From Felis catus (lineage: Eukaryota): DNA of 64,000 nucleotides. A program made the position numbers and the translations under genes. Shown piece after piece: positions 63,531 to 64,000 of this stretch (position 1 is its first letter; each line of letters begins with the position of its first letter). The notes beneath the pieces are model-generated. The model searched no databases. It saw only the letters and a list, made by a program, of their open reading frames with translations, and was not told the origin of the DNA. The stretch lies in the NCBI RefSeq assembly GCF_018350175.1, contig NC_058369.1:22942001-23006000 (forward strand), in the 5' to 3' direction.

Positions 63531-64000
63531 TAGCTCTTAGTGGAGCCATATCACTGGAGATAGTTCCCTGGAAGGCAAGGCCTCAGTTTTGTGTAGAATG
63601 ACAGGTGGGCCAAGGATTAAATGAAGATTGGAAGACCAGGATGATGAAGCAGATTTGGTCCAGGTATACAACAGGAGAAAACAGAGTCCAGACATGAGGG
63701 ACATGAGAGGGAAAGACACAAGAGAGAGTCCTTCATCTGTGATGTCGTTTGGAAACCCTTAACCTGGGGAAATATTTTTTCCATGTAATACAAGGACCAG
63801 ATTTGTACCAAAAAGAAAGAAAATCAGAATGGACCTTGTTATAAAGTTGGGTTGAGGGGAATTCCGTGACACGTTATTGCATTTTACTCCTAAGTGTCCG
63901 ACAATAAAAGCAACCATTGTCTGAAGCAATCTTCCTGCACATGACATTCAGTTGCACATGGATTAAAGAAAAATTAAACGGGGTTGCTATGTTATTAAAA

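Noticed and set aside
1..64000. A novel multi-gene, defence or CRISPR-like system
   Set aside because: This is mammalian intronic DNA. There are no repeat-spacer arrays or operon structure, and no long intact ORFs. The recurring ~200-bp repeats are dispersed SINEs.
16969..64000. Next CACNA2D3 exon (expected to begin HFREHLDKLF)
   Set aside because: Not found by eye or in the ORF track. It probably lies beyond the window, though a short exon could have been missed.

Overview
This is vertebrate nuclear DNA from a felid (cat family), as shown by about 18 feline-type tRNA-derived CAN-SINEs. The window lies inside the long gene CACNA2D3 (voltage-gated Ca2+ channel alpha2delta-3 subunit) on the + strand. 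It holds three short coding exons (4733-4793, 4886-5036, 16894-16968). They splice in frame to [96 protein letters not shown], the start of the VWA domain with its DxSxS MIDAS motif. From memory of the human gene these are exons 7-9. The rest is intron, and the last intron runs more than 47 kb to the window end. The introns are packed with repeats: a decayed near-full-length sense-strand LINE-1 (~18.6-25.8 kb), a younger antisense carnivore L1 3' portion, MaLR/ERV solo LTRs, Tigger and hAT MITEs, MIR/L2 relics and microsatellites. Almost all ORFs in the supplied track are spurious or repeat-derived. I found no evidence of a novel multi-gene system. The most notable unexplained details are: a ~31-bp tailless U1 snRNA 5' fragment with a perfect 15-bp target-site duplication (TSD) hidden in the L1; a pair of YAG|GTGAGT motifs that could be a recursive-splice/poison-exon unit; several three-level nested insertions; and a recent 29-bp tandem duplication in a CpG-rich unique patch. 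Repeat family names come from recalled consensus sequences, not a database search.
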